In this document: positions 39,040 to 52,939 of the stretch, one piece after another
Layout: every line of letters begins with the position of its first letter
Position numbering within the stretch: position 1 is the stretch's first letter
Assembly (NCBI GenBank): GCA_951406725.2
Contig: OX597832.1
Span: forward strand, 46,810,001 to 46,874,000
Length of the DNA stretch: 64,000 bases
Source of the DNA: Octopus vulgaris
Lineage: Eukaryota
Direction of reading: 5' to 3'
The notes under the pieces: generated by a model
What the model was told of the DNA's origin: nothing
The model's input: only the letters and a program-made list of their open reading frames with translations
Database searches by the model: none
Position numbers and translations under genes: made by a program

Positions 39040-39885
39040 GTAAATTTTAGAGGCCTGGGATATAAAATACACTGTCTAAATGGCAATCTTGAGAAGTTAG
39101 TCTTCTCAAAACCAGAAAGGAGAAAGCTAATTCGAAAACGACAGATCCAATCAATCAGTGGAACTATAAAAATCTGTAAGCCCTTCCAGAAGTTTATCAT
39201 TTGAATATATATGAGCATGTCTAGATTTGCAACTATATACATAGATACATACACACATAATTACGTACAAGCAAAAATACGATGTTGTTGGTGTTGAAAT
39301 TCCAATGAAGGTGCTTTGGATCTAGGTTAGAAACCAGTTCTTTCTCTATTGGCAAGAAATCTTGAAATAAACTGAATAATGGCATATATGCATGTATGAA
39401 TACATCGAAGACTGCAGATCGAAGCCGTTACAGGAACTGTAAATATCTGTAAAACTTTCCGGGCGTTTATTATTTAACCATATATGAGCTTGCCTAGATA
39501 TGCAAGTATATGCATGAGAAGACATACATAAAACAAAACATATACAAATCTGCACGTATACATACATAATACATACATACATACATACATACATACATAC
39601 ATACATACATACATACGTACATACATACATACATACATACATACATACATACATACATACATACATACATACATACATACATACATACATACATACGTAC
39701 ATACATACATATATAAATACATACATACATACATACATACATACAAACGTACATACATACATACAGACACACAAAATTACCCTGATGTTGGTGATGGAAT
39801 CCCAATGAAGGAGACTTGGATCTAGGTTAGAAACCGGCTCTTTCTCTCTTGGCAAGAAGCCTTGAAATGAAACCGAATAATGACA
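39040..39885 (+). mobile_element. Two tandem 5'-truncated copies of an R4/Dong-like (RLE-type) LINE in (CATA)n arrays
   Basis: GLGY.IHCLNGNLEKL.FSKPERRKLIRKRQIQSISGTIKICK.FQKF (39050-39200) and RRLQIEAVTGTVNICKTF (39405-39460). Shared 3'UTR GGATCTAGGTTAGAAACC...GAATAATG(G/A)CATA; preceded by (TACA)n at 38558-39035. Confidence 0.7.
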
Positions 39886-40579
39886 TACATACATACATAC
39901 ATACGTAAGTAAAAACACACCCACATGCATATATATATATATATACGTGTTTACCGCCATAATGTAATGTTGTTTTCCAATTATTTCATTTATTTTTCAA
40001 TATTTATTTTTGCATTTTCTGTATGTTTTACTGTTAAGTTTAGCTCAAATTCTGTGAAAAAAGTAATTGTTTTGCCCTTTTTACAATTTAGTCGGTCAGT
40101 AGTCTATTTCGAAAGATCGCTGATGCGATGGCGGTTCTGATGAGATCGAGGTTAATCTAAAATGGAAGCAGGAGGGGAAAAAAAAACAACGCGATGAAAA
40201 TGAGAATTGTGTGTTTATGACGATGCTGCTGCGGCTGCAACAACAATTACAACAACAACGATTACTACTGCTATTTCTACTACTACTACTGCTACTGCTG
40301 CTGTTGCTGCCGCTGCGCTGCTACTGCCATTTGTGCTATAATAATATTAACAATGCGCTGGGAGAATGACTGATGAAAAGTTGTGAAGTGCGGAATAATC
40401 TGAAGTGCAACAACATACACACACGTGTTTGAATGTATGCGTACACACACACACACTTTATGTATATATATATATATATAGACAGACAGTTAGACATACA
40501 GATAGACATATAGATAGATAGACAGATAGATAGACATATAGATAGACATATAGATAGACATATAGATAGATAGACAGGC

Positions 40580-40650
<71 letters not shown>

Positions 40651-40667
40651 CAGATGGATAGATAGAT

Positions 40668-40698
<31 letters not shown>

Positions 40699-40699
40699 T

Positions 40700-40738
<39 letters not shown>

Positions 40739-40816
40739 CACGAATGTGTACATATATAAGCATACATGTATTTATATACTTACATGTACATAGGGAAATA
40801 AATTGATATACATATA

Positions 40817-40882
<66 letters not shown>

Positions 40883-40923
40883 TCTATACGTAAATGAACA
40901 TACATATATATTCATACACACAT

Positions 40924-40995
<72 letters not shown>

Positions 40996-41374
40996 GCTGG
41001 GCTAGTTGCATAACATGGCGTGTCTCAGGTTAGGAAGACACAAGATACACTAACGGAAGTGACAACTTTTATGTGCTAATGTCGGCCGACATTTGTTATT
41101 TCAAAGGTCATATCAAGGAGGACATTACCTATGACCGTACGTTAGAATAGTTTTATGTATATATGTATTTATGTATGTAAAGATGTATGTATGCATCTAT
41201 ATATGCATAGCCATGTGTATATGTGTAATGCACTGTACCCAAATTTTAAATGTACATGAGTGATATACTCCTATGTGCGTAAGCGTATATAATGTATTCA
41301 GTTATATAAAACGAAACATATATATATATACGTAAACACGCATATATATTTACATGCATATATACACAGACAAA

Positions 41375-41790
41375 CAGGCGTGGGTGTGTGGTAAGAAGCT
41401 TGCTTCCCAACCACATGGTTCTGTGTTCAATCCCACAGCATGTCACCTTGGCTCAATATTTTGTACTATAACCTCGGGCCGACCAAAGCCTTGTATGTGG
41501 ATTTGGTAGACGGAAAATGTAAGCCCGTAGTATATATACTAATATATACATATATATGTACGTATGTGTATATGTGTGTGTGTGTGTTCCCCCGCTATCG
41601 CTTAACAACCGATGCTGGTGTGGTTATATCCCATTACCCTAACGGTTCAGCTAAAGAGAACGATTGAATAAGTACTAAGCTTACAAAGAATAATTCCTGA
41701 GGCGGACTTCTTCAACTAAAGCCCTTTAAGGCGATGCTCCAGCATGGCTGTAGTCAAATGAGTGAAACAAGTAAAAATTAGAAGTATAAG
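41375..41790 (+). mobile_element. SINE family A, diverged
   Basis: Head GTGTGGTAAGAAGCTTGCTTCCCAACC; tail GTAGTCAAATGAGTGAAACAAGTAAAA. Confidence 0.85.
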
Positions 41791-41910
41791 AGAATATACA
41801 TACATATATGTATATATATATATATATAGTGAAGACTGGAAAGTTCTTTATACACGTGGGATAGGTATATAAGAAAATCTTTCTGTGACTCTTACATTTC
41901 TTTTCTTTCT

Positions 41911-41982
<72 letters not shown>

Positions 41983-41983
<1 letters not shown>

Positions 41984-42112
41984 CCCTTTCTGTAGAAGAG
42001 CGTAGGCTCGAAAGGTAAAAGACTTTTTCTATTCCTGAGCGTCATACTAATACATCTGTTTGTTTTGTACACCACCTGTTTTCGTCTTTTGTTTTCTTCG
42101 TCAACTCTCCCT
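41983..42112 (+). mobile_element. Hammerhead element family H3; fold at 41986-42021
   Basis: CTTT-CTGTAGA-AGAGCGTAGGCTC-GAAAGGTA-AAAG, located between (TG)n and (TA)n; homologous to 33975-34100. Confidence 0.7.
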
Positions 42113-42121
42113 ATATATATC

Positions 42122-42174
<53 letters not shown>

Positions 42175-43521
42175 ATATAAATATACATACATATATACAT
42201 ACATATATATATATATATACATACATACATACATACATACATACATACATACATACATACATACATACATACATACATACATACATACATACATACGTGC
42301 ATAGGCGCACAGACGCATGCGCGTAATATTTAGGTCGCTCAGACACACAATAAAAGTAGGCATGCAATACACATGTCGCTTAAATACGGTCTAAAACAAT
42401 ACAAATACACATCACTTTAGTATCGAATGCATAAAGGCTTTGCAAAAAAGGTCTCCGGGTATATTTTCATGTTGTTTCCTAACTGAAATATGTTAACCTA
42501 AACTATTCTTTCATTCATGTGATTTCGTATGACACTGAACTGTAGTGTTTCGCTTTGTTCGTATTGATTTAATGTAGCTACGCCAGTCAGTCCTACTTTG
42601 CCTTTTGTTTGATGATTGCAGCGAAGCATCGCATTGATAAAATAAGGTTTTTTTTGTTTAGGAGGTTGTTTAAAATTAGCTGACATTGTACTTTCATAGT
42701 TTATTTGTCTAAAAACGATGAACATGTTGGCATTAAATATTATTTGTTACTTCCAGGTAGTTCTTTGATTTTGCCCTTATATTCTCTTTACGTTTTTCAG
42801 ATTCTTTTATGTTTCAACTGTGACAGAATGTGACAATGTCAATTGTCTGCGTAAACTCATGCTTGTTTCTTCATTATTCCGTATGTCACCCTGACTGAAA
42901 CTAATTGTGACAATTGATTTGGTTTCCTTCAGGTTATGCTTTGCCTTTTTGTTTTTAAACGCGCAACCTATAAATAAAACGTACCTAAACTACCGACGGC
43001 GAATGGCTTCGTTTTACGTAGTTTAAATGCTTGCGAGAAATCTGGTACCAACATCTTCCAAAATTCATTTAACAAAACTGTTTCTAATTCCCTTTAATTC
43101 TATAAGATTCAGGTTTTGGTCAAATTATCGAGATTTAGTTAACTTCTCTTAAAGCAAGAACGAAGTAGCATTTAAAAAAATATGATTGCAAGTGTTCAAA
43201 ATCAATAAAATTGTCCGAGATTAGCGAATCTGTTTAAGATTATCAAAAATGCTGTGAGAATAACAAGCGTGTAGAGCAGATTTTCTGCGTTACTTCGTCA
43301 CCATGTATTTGTTGTTTTGAGAGGTGGTATTGACACATTTTTGATAAAATATGGCAAATTGTTTTCGAAAATATACCTGTTATGTCGCACATTCGGATGA
43401 CCTCTGCTACTCAAGTCTCCTCTGACGGCTACTTAAGTCTCCTCCGACTGCGACTCAATTGTTCTCCGACAGCTACTCAACTGTCCTCTCTACTTCTAGA
43501 CTTCTCTATATCTACGTATTG

Positions 43522-43757
43522 CTGTGGTGGCGAGCTGGCAGAAACGTTAGCATGGCGGGCGAAATGCGTAGCCGTATTTCGCCTGTCGTTACGTTCCGAG
43601 TTCAAATTCTGCCGAGGTCGACTTTGCCTTCCATCCTTTCGGGGGTTGATTAAATAAGTACCAGTTACGCACTGGGGTCGATATAATCGACTTAATTCGT
43701 TTGTCTGTCCTTGTTTGTCCCCTCTGTGTTTAGCCCCTTGTGGGAAGTAAAGAAATA
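43522..43757 (+). mobile_element. SINE family B monomer, full length, 15-bp TSD
   Basis: TSD TATATCTACGTATTG at 43507-43521 and 43758-43772; A box TGGCAGAAACG, B box GAGTTCAAATTC. Confidence 0.92.
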
Positions 43758-44179
43758 TATATCTACGTATTGGGCTAGTCTACTTCATCGTATGGGGGCG
43801 TCCACGCAACAATACCTCACACGGAAGGTATGTTATTTACATTCCAGGAAGTAGTTGATAATCCTTTTCATATATCTAATGGGAGGCAGTTAGTAAATGT
43901 TGTACCTGTATTCCTTCATTCTGACCAAATTATAATTATTTTAAAACATTCGTACATTTATTATGTTTTCCCCTGTACTACCGAGCGCAAATCTGTATGA
44001 GATAGGTGTGTTTTTTTGTTTCAATTTTCTACTATATTGGAATTATTCTACGTAGTTTCAGCCAGTCGGTTGGGATCCACCGTTACGAGTTGTCTCAGGC
44101 TGTGTTGTTTTCTTTTTTTTTAATTGCTGAGTGTGAAGGAAGAAGCAGCATTCATGGCCTTTGAAGGCCCTTTTAACCG

Positions 44180-44380
44180 GTGAGATTGATGCCATTTATG
44201 TTCCGTTTGAACATTTGTAAATCAACACCCGTGGGAAACATATGATCTGGGAAGGGATTCTACAGGGTCGAAGTTCTGGGATAGATTAAAAAAAGTGTGG
44301 GCGTAATGATAAGCTCGATGGGGTTGGATTAGCAGAACGGAAATGCCTGAACGGAGGTAAACGGAAAGTGGTATACTGAA
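44180..44380 (-). mobile_element. CR1/Jockey-group LINE ORF2 C-terminal fragment
   Basis: Reverse strand reads HYAHTFF..PRTSTL*NPFPDHMFPTGVDLQMFKRNINGINL, matching the SFFPRT..LWN.LP..VFP...DL..FK C-terminal pattern. Confidence 0.6.
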
Positions 44381-44384
44381 GCAG

Positions 44385-44572
44385 GAGGTCGACTTTGCCT
44401 TTCGTCATTTCAGAATCGATAAATTAAGTACCAGTTACGCACTGGGGTCGATGTAATCGAATTAATCCGTTTCCGTTTGTCCCCTCTGTGTTTAGCCCCT
44501 AGGCTATATACATATGTATATATATATATATATACATATACATATGTATATGTATATACATATATGCATATG

Positions 44573-44621
<49 letters not shown>

Positions 44622-44774
44622 GTATACATATATACGACGGGCTTCTTTCAGTTTCCATCTATCAAATCCACTCTCAAGGCTTTGGTTGGGCCCGATGCTA
44701 TAGTAGAAGTGGGACTGAACTCGGAACCATGTCATTGGTAAGCAAGCTACTTACCACACAGCCACTCCTGTGCC
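44385..44774. mobile_element. SINE B 3' fragment (+, 44385-44500) and SINE A 5' half (-, 44635-44774) meeting in (TA)n
   Basis: Family motifs on opposite strands. Confidence 0.8.
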
Positions 44775-44791
44775 TATAAATATATATATTT

Positions 44792-44903
<112 letters not shown>

Positions 44904-45599
44904 TATATACATATATACATATACATATATACATATATACACATATATATACATATATATATATATGTATATATACATATAGAGGTATGCATGTATGTAT
45001 ACGTAATTGCAAAGTCGATTCTGTTCTTATTCAGTATATCTTATAACATTTCTTTTGCTAATTGATTATTTATGTGCATACAAAGCCGACTGTTTTGTCT
45101 TCATTAGTGAATTATGTAATCTTCTTGTATTTCTTTTGCCCTTGCGGCAAATAAACTGAACCATATTCTCATTACCATTATTTTTGTGATCACACTTTGC
45201 TATTCTTTCTTCTATTTCTCGCTTTTTCTTATTATATAAACACGTCTAGAAGATACAAAATTAATACTTACTATGGCTTCTGTATACGAAATAGGTGAGT
45301 GAATATGCTGTGCAGATCAATAAAGCAGTTGGTGAAATATATCGATCGGTTAGTTCACTAAGGACGGTTAATTAATCGAAGCCAATATTTTGCTTTTTAA
45401 CCATTTTACTTATTCATGTTTAGATTTCTGATATCTATACTACATATCGTTGTCATGGCAACATGTATTAGAACTTATCTCCCTACCTACCTACCTACCT
45501 ACCTACCTACCTACCTATTCCCGGTCATTGTAATATTAGAGGCTTTGTTATTGTTGTACACTATAGATTTCCTCTTATTTTGAAATTTGGTTTCCCAAG

Positions 45600-45975
45600 A
45601 CGCCGATGTATATAATCTCGTCATGAGTCGGTAAAAACCGAATTATATAACCATGTGAAAGGTAATTCCAGATTTGATACAAAGCCAGGAAATACTCGAA
45701 CTTAGCGATTGTGACTTCGAATGATATTCATTTCTGTGGTCGTAGATATTACTGATACAGACACGACAAAGTCACTTCAAGCAAAGACTTGTCATAAAGC
45801 TGCAAACTCCATCTTTGTTATGGATTACGTAGAGATTGACCGAGGCTGCTAACGTCTGTAAGTTTAAAAACCTCTGACAATTATCGGAATGTTTACTCAG
45901 TTCAAGGGTACATCGAATTATAGATGTTCCGTCAAGCATAAAGTTTAACTTATGACAGTTTATAAAAGAAACAGA
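45600..45975 (-). pseudogene. Decayed Penelope-like reverse transcriptase fragment
   Basis: Across frameshifts: FINC..NF...SI...LELSKHSDN...FLNL, LQLYDK, SCL.SNI and NIIRS. These resemble the PLE pattern IN..NF..IYP.ELEL..FLDL..LYDKR..SNIP..ISQL. Confidence 0.5.
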
Positions 45976-46204
45976 TTTTTGTTCTTTCGTTAACCTCAAG
46001 CTGTACATCACATAGCTTTTGTTAATCGATTGTTGATAGATTAATCACATGAACGTGTCTTCTACACAGAACTTAACGCTTTGTTATGTACGTTTTATAT
46101 ATAAGAATAATCAGAAGACCATATGTTGATTCTTGTCATGCATTCAATACGTACGTTTCGCGTAGTTGCACAACGGTCACTTTACCCGTAACCCTGTTTA
46201 GTTG

Positions 46205-46278
<74 letters not shown>

Positions 46279-46476
46279 GTGTGTATGAGTGCGTGTGTAA
46301 ATATATATATATATCGACCTCGGCGGACTTTACAGTAGTCGTCACTTTCGAATTTCGAAGGCAATTTTACATTTTCACATTTTATTCCCTATGTTATAAT
46401 AGGCAAGCGCGCGTATGTGTGTGTATACGTATTATCTTCGACAGTGAATTTATTAATATTTCTTATTATTATAGAT

Positions 46477-46746
46477 CAGGGGTTCCCGTACTAGATGCCT
46501 CCCCCTTGGCAACCAGAACACATTTCTAGTGCTCCCTCCTCTTATTCCCCACCACGAAGATAAGTCACTTTCAGAAAGCAAATTCAAAATAACCGTATTT
46601 CACATATACCTGACCCATTATGTTGTGGTTTATACATCCATAGCTCCCTTGTGGCCAACCTACTATCGCTCCAATATTCTTCAATACCACCCTGAATCTT
46701 TCCACCACGCCCACGGGATCATTACCGCCCGCTTTGGGAGCCACTA
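46477..46746. mobile_element. Old hAT (Charlie-like) MITE
   Basis: Ends CAGGGGTTCCC / GGGAGCCACTA; 8-bp flanks TTATAGAT and ATACAGAT (6/8). Confidence 0.5.
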
Positions 46747-46959
46747 ATACAGATGATAATTGTTTTACTACAAATAATTATAACAATAACAAATTAATTA
46801 AAGCCTGAAAGAAACAAACAATAGAACGAGATTGCCACGGCTGGTTACAAATCCTTTTACCATATATCTTGCTTTATGACAGCTGGCCTTGACCTAAATA
46901 ACACCAGCAGACTATTGAAATTTACTTTCTCAACATGTATGCGCATAATATGTGTGTGT

Positions 46960-47024
<65 letters not shown>

Positions 47025-47067
47025 AAAAAGAAAATAACCAGGCAAAACATATGGTATCACCTTCGAG

Positions 47068-47318
47068 CATTGTTTCTCAACTCTTTTCAACCTACACTAT
47101 TTTATTCGAATGGACCTCCTCCACATTCCATGTTTAAAAAATCCTTACAATTAAATATTATTAGGAATTGTATTTAAAAATGTGTTAAAATATTTTCTGC
47201 ATTACCGAAACACAACCAATTTATTGCCGAGAAATTTGAACAACGAAATATTATATGGAGCCCCAAGGGCCATATAGCCCCCACAAAAGAGCCATATGGA
47301 CCCCATTGAGAACAGCTG
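47068..47318. mobile_element. Old hAT (Charlie-like) MITE
   Basis: Ends CATTGTTTCTCAAC / ATTGAGAACAGCTG. Confidence 0.45.
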
Positions 47319-48609
47319 CTTTAAAGCGTTGATTCAAACATAATTGTGTAGTTGTTATAACAGAGTTGCAGGAGTAAAAGATATCCTACAAATAAGGGAG
47401 TAAGTTACGCATAAAGTCCGTTACAGCTGTTTCTAAAATAGTTGTGCATATAGTGCATATCTCAGGTCATATCTATGTATGTAAATGTATGTAGCTATAA
47501 ACCCATAATATCAAATGCTGAATGTAGACGGGCGAGTCGTTGAGAAAGTACCATAATTTATGACTTCCATACGAATTCATACTGAATATCAAGCATTATA
47601 ATGCGTATACAAAATCGGTGCGTCGATGCAGAGTAGCTAATGATCAGAGTTGATAATGGGTTGCATGAGCAAAACAGCAATCGTTTCAGCAACGACTGGG
47701 TTCTGCTGAAGTGATGCATCGTGAGTTCTAAATTGGATTCTGGGAAGTGAATTTTCTACCAGCAGTTAGTCACGTGATTTTTTTTTTCCATTCTACCAGA
47801 TATGACTTTGAACAGCAGAATGGAATAAATAGGAAACGTAAAAAAGATGATGACTTTCGTTTTATTTTTCTTTTGTTGTTTTTGTTTGATTGGTTGGTTG
47901 GTTTTAGGAGTATAGTGATGTTGATGAGAAGAGGTGGTAGGAGGGAGATTTAGAAAGAGGAACAGAAAGAGGAGATGAAAACAAAGGCAATGATAAAGAA
48001 TGAGATTGAGAAGAAGATGAAAAAAAAAGAAGAAGAACGAGGAGGAGAGGAACAGGAAGAAGAGAATAACGAGTAGGCGGAGGAGGAGGCGGAGGAGGAG
48101 GAGGGGGAGTAGTAGTAGAAGTCAGAGAGGAAGGTGGTGGTGGTGGTAATAGCATTAGTGGTAGTGGTGCAAATGATGATGAAGAGAGAGAGAGACGAAT
48201 CAGAGTACAAAGAAGAAAGATCATCATGTCTGACAGATAAACAGCTGCTTTTCCCTTGTTATCCAAACGTAAAATCACGACTATCTATTGATTAATTCCT
48301 GCAGATGATGATTATGGTTTTCTTCCTTTCTTCCTTTCTTTCTTTCTCTTCTTCTTCTTCTTCTTCTTCTTCTTCTTCTTCTTCTTCTTCTATTATTATT
48401 ATTATTATTATTATTATTGTTATTGTTATTATTATTGCTGTATCTTTTAGAAAATAGAATTATGGGTCAGTAAATAAGATGATTGATTAATTTATTAATT
48501 AATTAATTAAAAATAATTTTTTGCCGTCTAAGTCGACTAAAACCTTCAAAATATATATTATTGGCCTGGCACACATTTTTTCACCGTCATTTATTTTACT
48601 TTCAATCGC

Positions 48610-48653
48610 TATTATTATCATTATTATTATTGTTATTATTATTATTATTATCA

Positions 48654-48732
<79 letters not shown>

Positions 48733-48869
48733 CATTATCATCATCATCATCATTATTATTATCATTATCCTTAGTATTATTATTATTATTATTATCGTTA
48801 TTATTATTATTATCCTTATTATTATTATCATTATTATTATCCTTATTATTATCCTTATTATTATTATCC

Positions 48870-48916
<47 letters not shown>

Positions 48917-48960
48917 GTTATTATTGTTATTGTTATTATTGTTATTGTTATTGTCATTAT
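48610..48960. repeat. (ATT)n compound microsatellite
   Basis: Seen directly. Confidence 0.95.
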
Positions 48961-49439
48961 TGGCGGTGGTGCTCGTGTCACATTTACTATTGTTCTTACT
49001 AATATTGGTATTTTTATTGGTAGTATTATTACTGTTGTTATTACGATATTTAATTATCATTATTATTGTCGCTGTTGTTTAGTTCTTGTTGATTGTAGAA
49101 CAGTAGTTATTTATTTATTTATTCATTTATTTATTTATTTATTTTTGCAGAAAGTTTCTTCTTTTGCACCTAATATCTCGATAACAATTTCTCCATTTCC
49201 GATTCTTCCATCACGGCATCCTTCAGTTTTCCTTATCTATCTCTCTTACTGCTCTTACTCTATCCACCCCTCTCTCTCTCTCTTTCTCACTTTTTCTGTC
49301 TCTCCCAATTTCTCTCTCTTTTTCTCTCTCTCTATCTATCTGTCTATCTACCTATCTATATATATGCCTATCTAGTTAGTTCTCTGTTTCTGACTTTGCT
49401 TCTTTTGTTTTGTTTTTTCTCTGAAGATGTTTGCATCTT

Positions 49440-49750
49440 GAAGAGTAATATTCTTTTTACCATACGACTTGTTTCTTTGATACACAGCATAGATCGAGAC
49501 TATTTTTTGACATATATAGCATGAATATTTTTACCATTCTTTATCATAGAAAAACGGAGCCATGGTCTTACTGTTTAACAACATCAAGAAAAACAGGTTT
49601 ATTGCTCTAAAATATCCATTCTTTTATCGAAAGATCTTCATATGACTAGGCTTTAGTTTGGAGACTTACCGCTTTCTTCTTGTATACTTCGAAAGACGGT
49701 AGATGTTTCTTCAGATGTTACAATTATTCTTTGTTATCAATTTTGTTTTC
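49440..49750 (-). pseudogene. Possible very decayed L1/Tx1-like RT fragment
   Basis: Reverse strand has remnants resembling GKSP..DGL.YE and NGKI..LY; heavily frameshifted. Confidence 0.3.
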
Positions 49751-50261
49751 TTCTGCCTCTCACGTATGTATGGGTGCAGATAAGATTGTTTGGCTAAAAC
49801 ATGTGTTCTACTCAATCAAAAAATCTTCTCGTTAGATTTACTGTTGTAGGTAGCAACATCTGCAAGTGATTGGCTACCGTACTTACAATCGATCGATCGA
49901 TCAAATTGTATTTTTTTTGATGGCGGATTTAATTCGTTCGGTTATTGAGTGCATTTGCGAACTTTTGGGCGGAGTGCATTTTATTGCAAGCATTAGGACT
50001 TACACGTGTGGCTATGGAGAAGCCACGATTCGTGACATGGAGCTAAACAATCGCGCCACAAATCATGCAACAGTATCAACAACAACAATAACAGCAATAA
50101 CAACAATAGCAATATTCATAATATTGCTTTGCTTCATTGCTTTGATACATAACAGTTTAAGTGAAAAGATCATGTGACTAACTGCTAGCCGAGAATTCAC
50201 TCACTCGTATTCTCTTTGAAAATCGCTGTCTTAACATAATTTCTACCGTGTGTAGTTGTTT

Positions 50262-50360
50262 TCTTCTTCTTCTTCTTCTTCTTCTTCTTCTTCTTCTTCT
50301 TCTTCTTCTTCTTCTTCTTCTTCGTCTTCTTCTTCTTCTTCTTCTTCTTCCACTTCTTCT

Positions 50361-50392
<32 letters not shown>

Positions 50393-50960
50393 TTCTTCTT
50401 CTTCTTCTTCTACATCTTCTTCTTCTACGTCTTCTTCTTCTACGTCTTCTTCTTCGTCTTCTTCTTCTTCTTCTACGTCTTCTTCGTCTTCTTCTTCTTC
50501 TACGTCTTCTTCTTCTACATCTTCTTCTTCTTCTTCTTCTTCTTCCACTTCTTAATTCTTCTTCTTCCACTTCTTCTTAATTCTTCTTCTTCTTCTTCTT
50601 CTTCTTCCACTTCTTCTTAATTCCACTTCCTCCACTTCTTCTTAATTCTTCTTCTTCTTCTTCTTAATTCTTCTTCTTCTGCTTCTTCTTCTTCTCCACC
50701 TCTTCTTCCTCTTCTCCTTCTCCTTCTTCTTCTTCTTCTTCGTCTTCTTCTTTCTTCTTCTTCTTCTTCTTCTTCTTTCTTCTTCTTCTACGTCTTCTTC
50801 TTCTTTCTTCTTCTTCTACGTCTTCTTCTTCTACATCTTCTTCTTCTTCTTCTTCCACTTCTTAATTCTTCTTCTTCCACTTCTTCTTAATTCTTCTTCT
50901 TCTTCTTCTTCTTCTTCCACTTCTTCTTAATTCCTCTTCCTCCACTTCTTCTTAATTCTT

Positions 50961-50991
<31 letters not shown>

Positions 50992-51160
50992 ATTCTTCTT
51001 CTTCTGCTTCTTCTTCTTCTCCCACTTCTTCTTCCTCTTCTCCTTCTCCTTCTCCTTCTTCTTCTTCTTCTTCTTCGTCTTCTTTCTTCTTCTTCTTCTT
51101 CTTCTTTCTTCTTCTTCTTCTTCTTCTTCTTCTTATTATTATTATTATTATTATTGTTGA

Positions 51161-51194
<34 letters not shown>

Positions 51195-51196
51195 AT
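50262..51196. repeat. (CTT)n compound array with an internal higher-order duplication of about 310 bp
   Basis: The interruption pattern CTACATCTTC...CCACTTCTTAATTC...CTGCTTC recurs at about 50515 and 50831. Confidence 0.85.
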
Positions 51197-52184
51197 TTCT
51201 TACTCCATTCCTTCTTACCAAGACCTCACAAAAGATCGCGGTCGCCGTCTAACCCACACCGACTTACACCCCACACCGACTCCACACCCGTTGTTAGGAT
51301 TTTCTCGAGTATTTGACAATCAGAGAACTGCGCTTTCTCATATAATAATAACATTAGTTACAACAATGTCGGGATGAAGGAAATAGGATTTATCAATAAA
51401 AGGATTGATGTCAGCGCATTACGACAAAGTAGCAAATGGGATTGCAGTGGTCTGTCTTTCTCCGTCTTTCTCCGTCTTTCTCCGCCTTTCTCCGTCTTTC
51501 TCCGCCCTTCTCTATAACATACGTTGTGATAGTAATAGACGTGGTTCACTCATCGTAATAACGATTCCTTCTAGTACTTGCTAAGTACAGCGTTATTGAT
51601 GATAATTTTGATGATGATGATGATGATGATGATGGATGGTGAGGTAGAGGAGGAGGAGGAGGAGGAGGGGAGGAGGAGAGGGGCGGAGGATGGCTAACGG
51701 TGAGGATAAATCTGATGATGATATAGTTAACGAAGAGTAGCAAAATTTCATGACTTTGATGACGACGATGTCCATGTCGAGGAGGAAGAGGAGGGTGGGA
51801 GGAGGAGGGTGAGGAGGGGTGAGGAGAGGTGTGGAGGGGAGAAGGAGGGGATGAGGAGAATGAAGAGGGGAGGAGGAGGGGGGAAGATGGGGAGGAGGAG
51901 TACGAGGAAGAGGAAGAGGGGGAGGAAGGGGAGGGGTACGACGACAGCGTCAACGATGACAACGACTATAATGATGATGATAGCGACGATAAAGAAAAGA
52001 CTCATGGTTTGCAAAATGTTCTTTTGTCTTTTTCTTTTTCTTTTCCTTTTTTTTTTTGGTCTCCAATGAAAGATTTAAGCATCCTTCTCCAAATGGTACG
52101 TCTCTCAAAAAAAAAAAACAATCTTCAAAACACATCAACTTCCCTCGAAGACTAACAGAATCTACACATACAGCCAAACATTCT

Positions 52185-52219
<35 letters not shown>

Positions 52220-52907
52220 ACATACATACACACGAATACCTACATGTTCACATCTATTTATCTAAACGCAACTAACAAATAGTTAATCCCAAGTTCGAGT
52301 TGTAGCAAATAAGTATTCCACTTCGAGGGGGATAATATCGGAAAAACGATATAAGGAACTGTTTTCTTTGAGATGTTTCACCGTCCTTTACTCGTTTTCA
52401 GTTACCTTTACTTTATTACAGTAGATGTTACCACTTCTTTATAATGAGCTCTTAGAAAAGAATATTAAGGAAAGAGAAACAATTATGTACGTGTGTGTGT
52501 GCGCGCGTGTGTTTGCTTGTGTCTGTTTGTGTGTCATGTATGCGCGCGTGTATATATATATATATATAATGTATATATATATATATACATATATATACGT
52601 TATAATATATGTATATATATATATATATAGAATATGTATATATATTATATATATAATATATGTATATATATGTATATACATAATATATATATCATATATA
52701 TATTGGTATATATATGATTTATGTATCATATATGTATATATACATATATAAAATATATGTATACATATGTATATATATATATATATATAATATATGTATA
52801 TATATATATAATATATAATATATGTATAATATATATATATAATATATGTATATGTATATAATATATGGAATATATGTATATATACATAATTTATATAATA
52901 TATACAT

Positions 52908-52939
<32 letters not shown>

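Noticed and set aside
42480-43400. Possible decayed LINE RT on the minus strand (FW..LVPDF..AF)
   Set aside because: One weak motif only; not enough to call.
51748-52155. Acidic or hydrophobic ORFs around 51.8-52.1 kb as an exon
   Set aside because: GGA/GAT low-complexity sequence that is open in several frames, with no recognisable domain.
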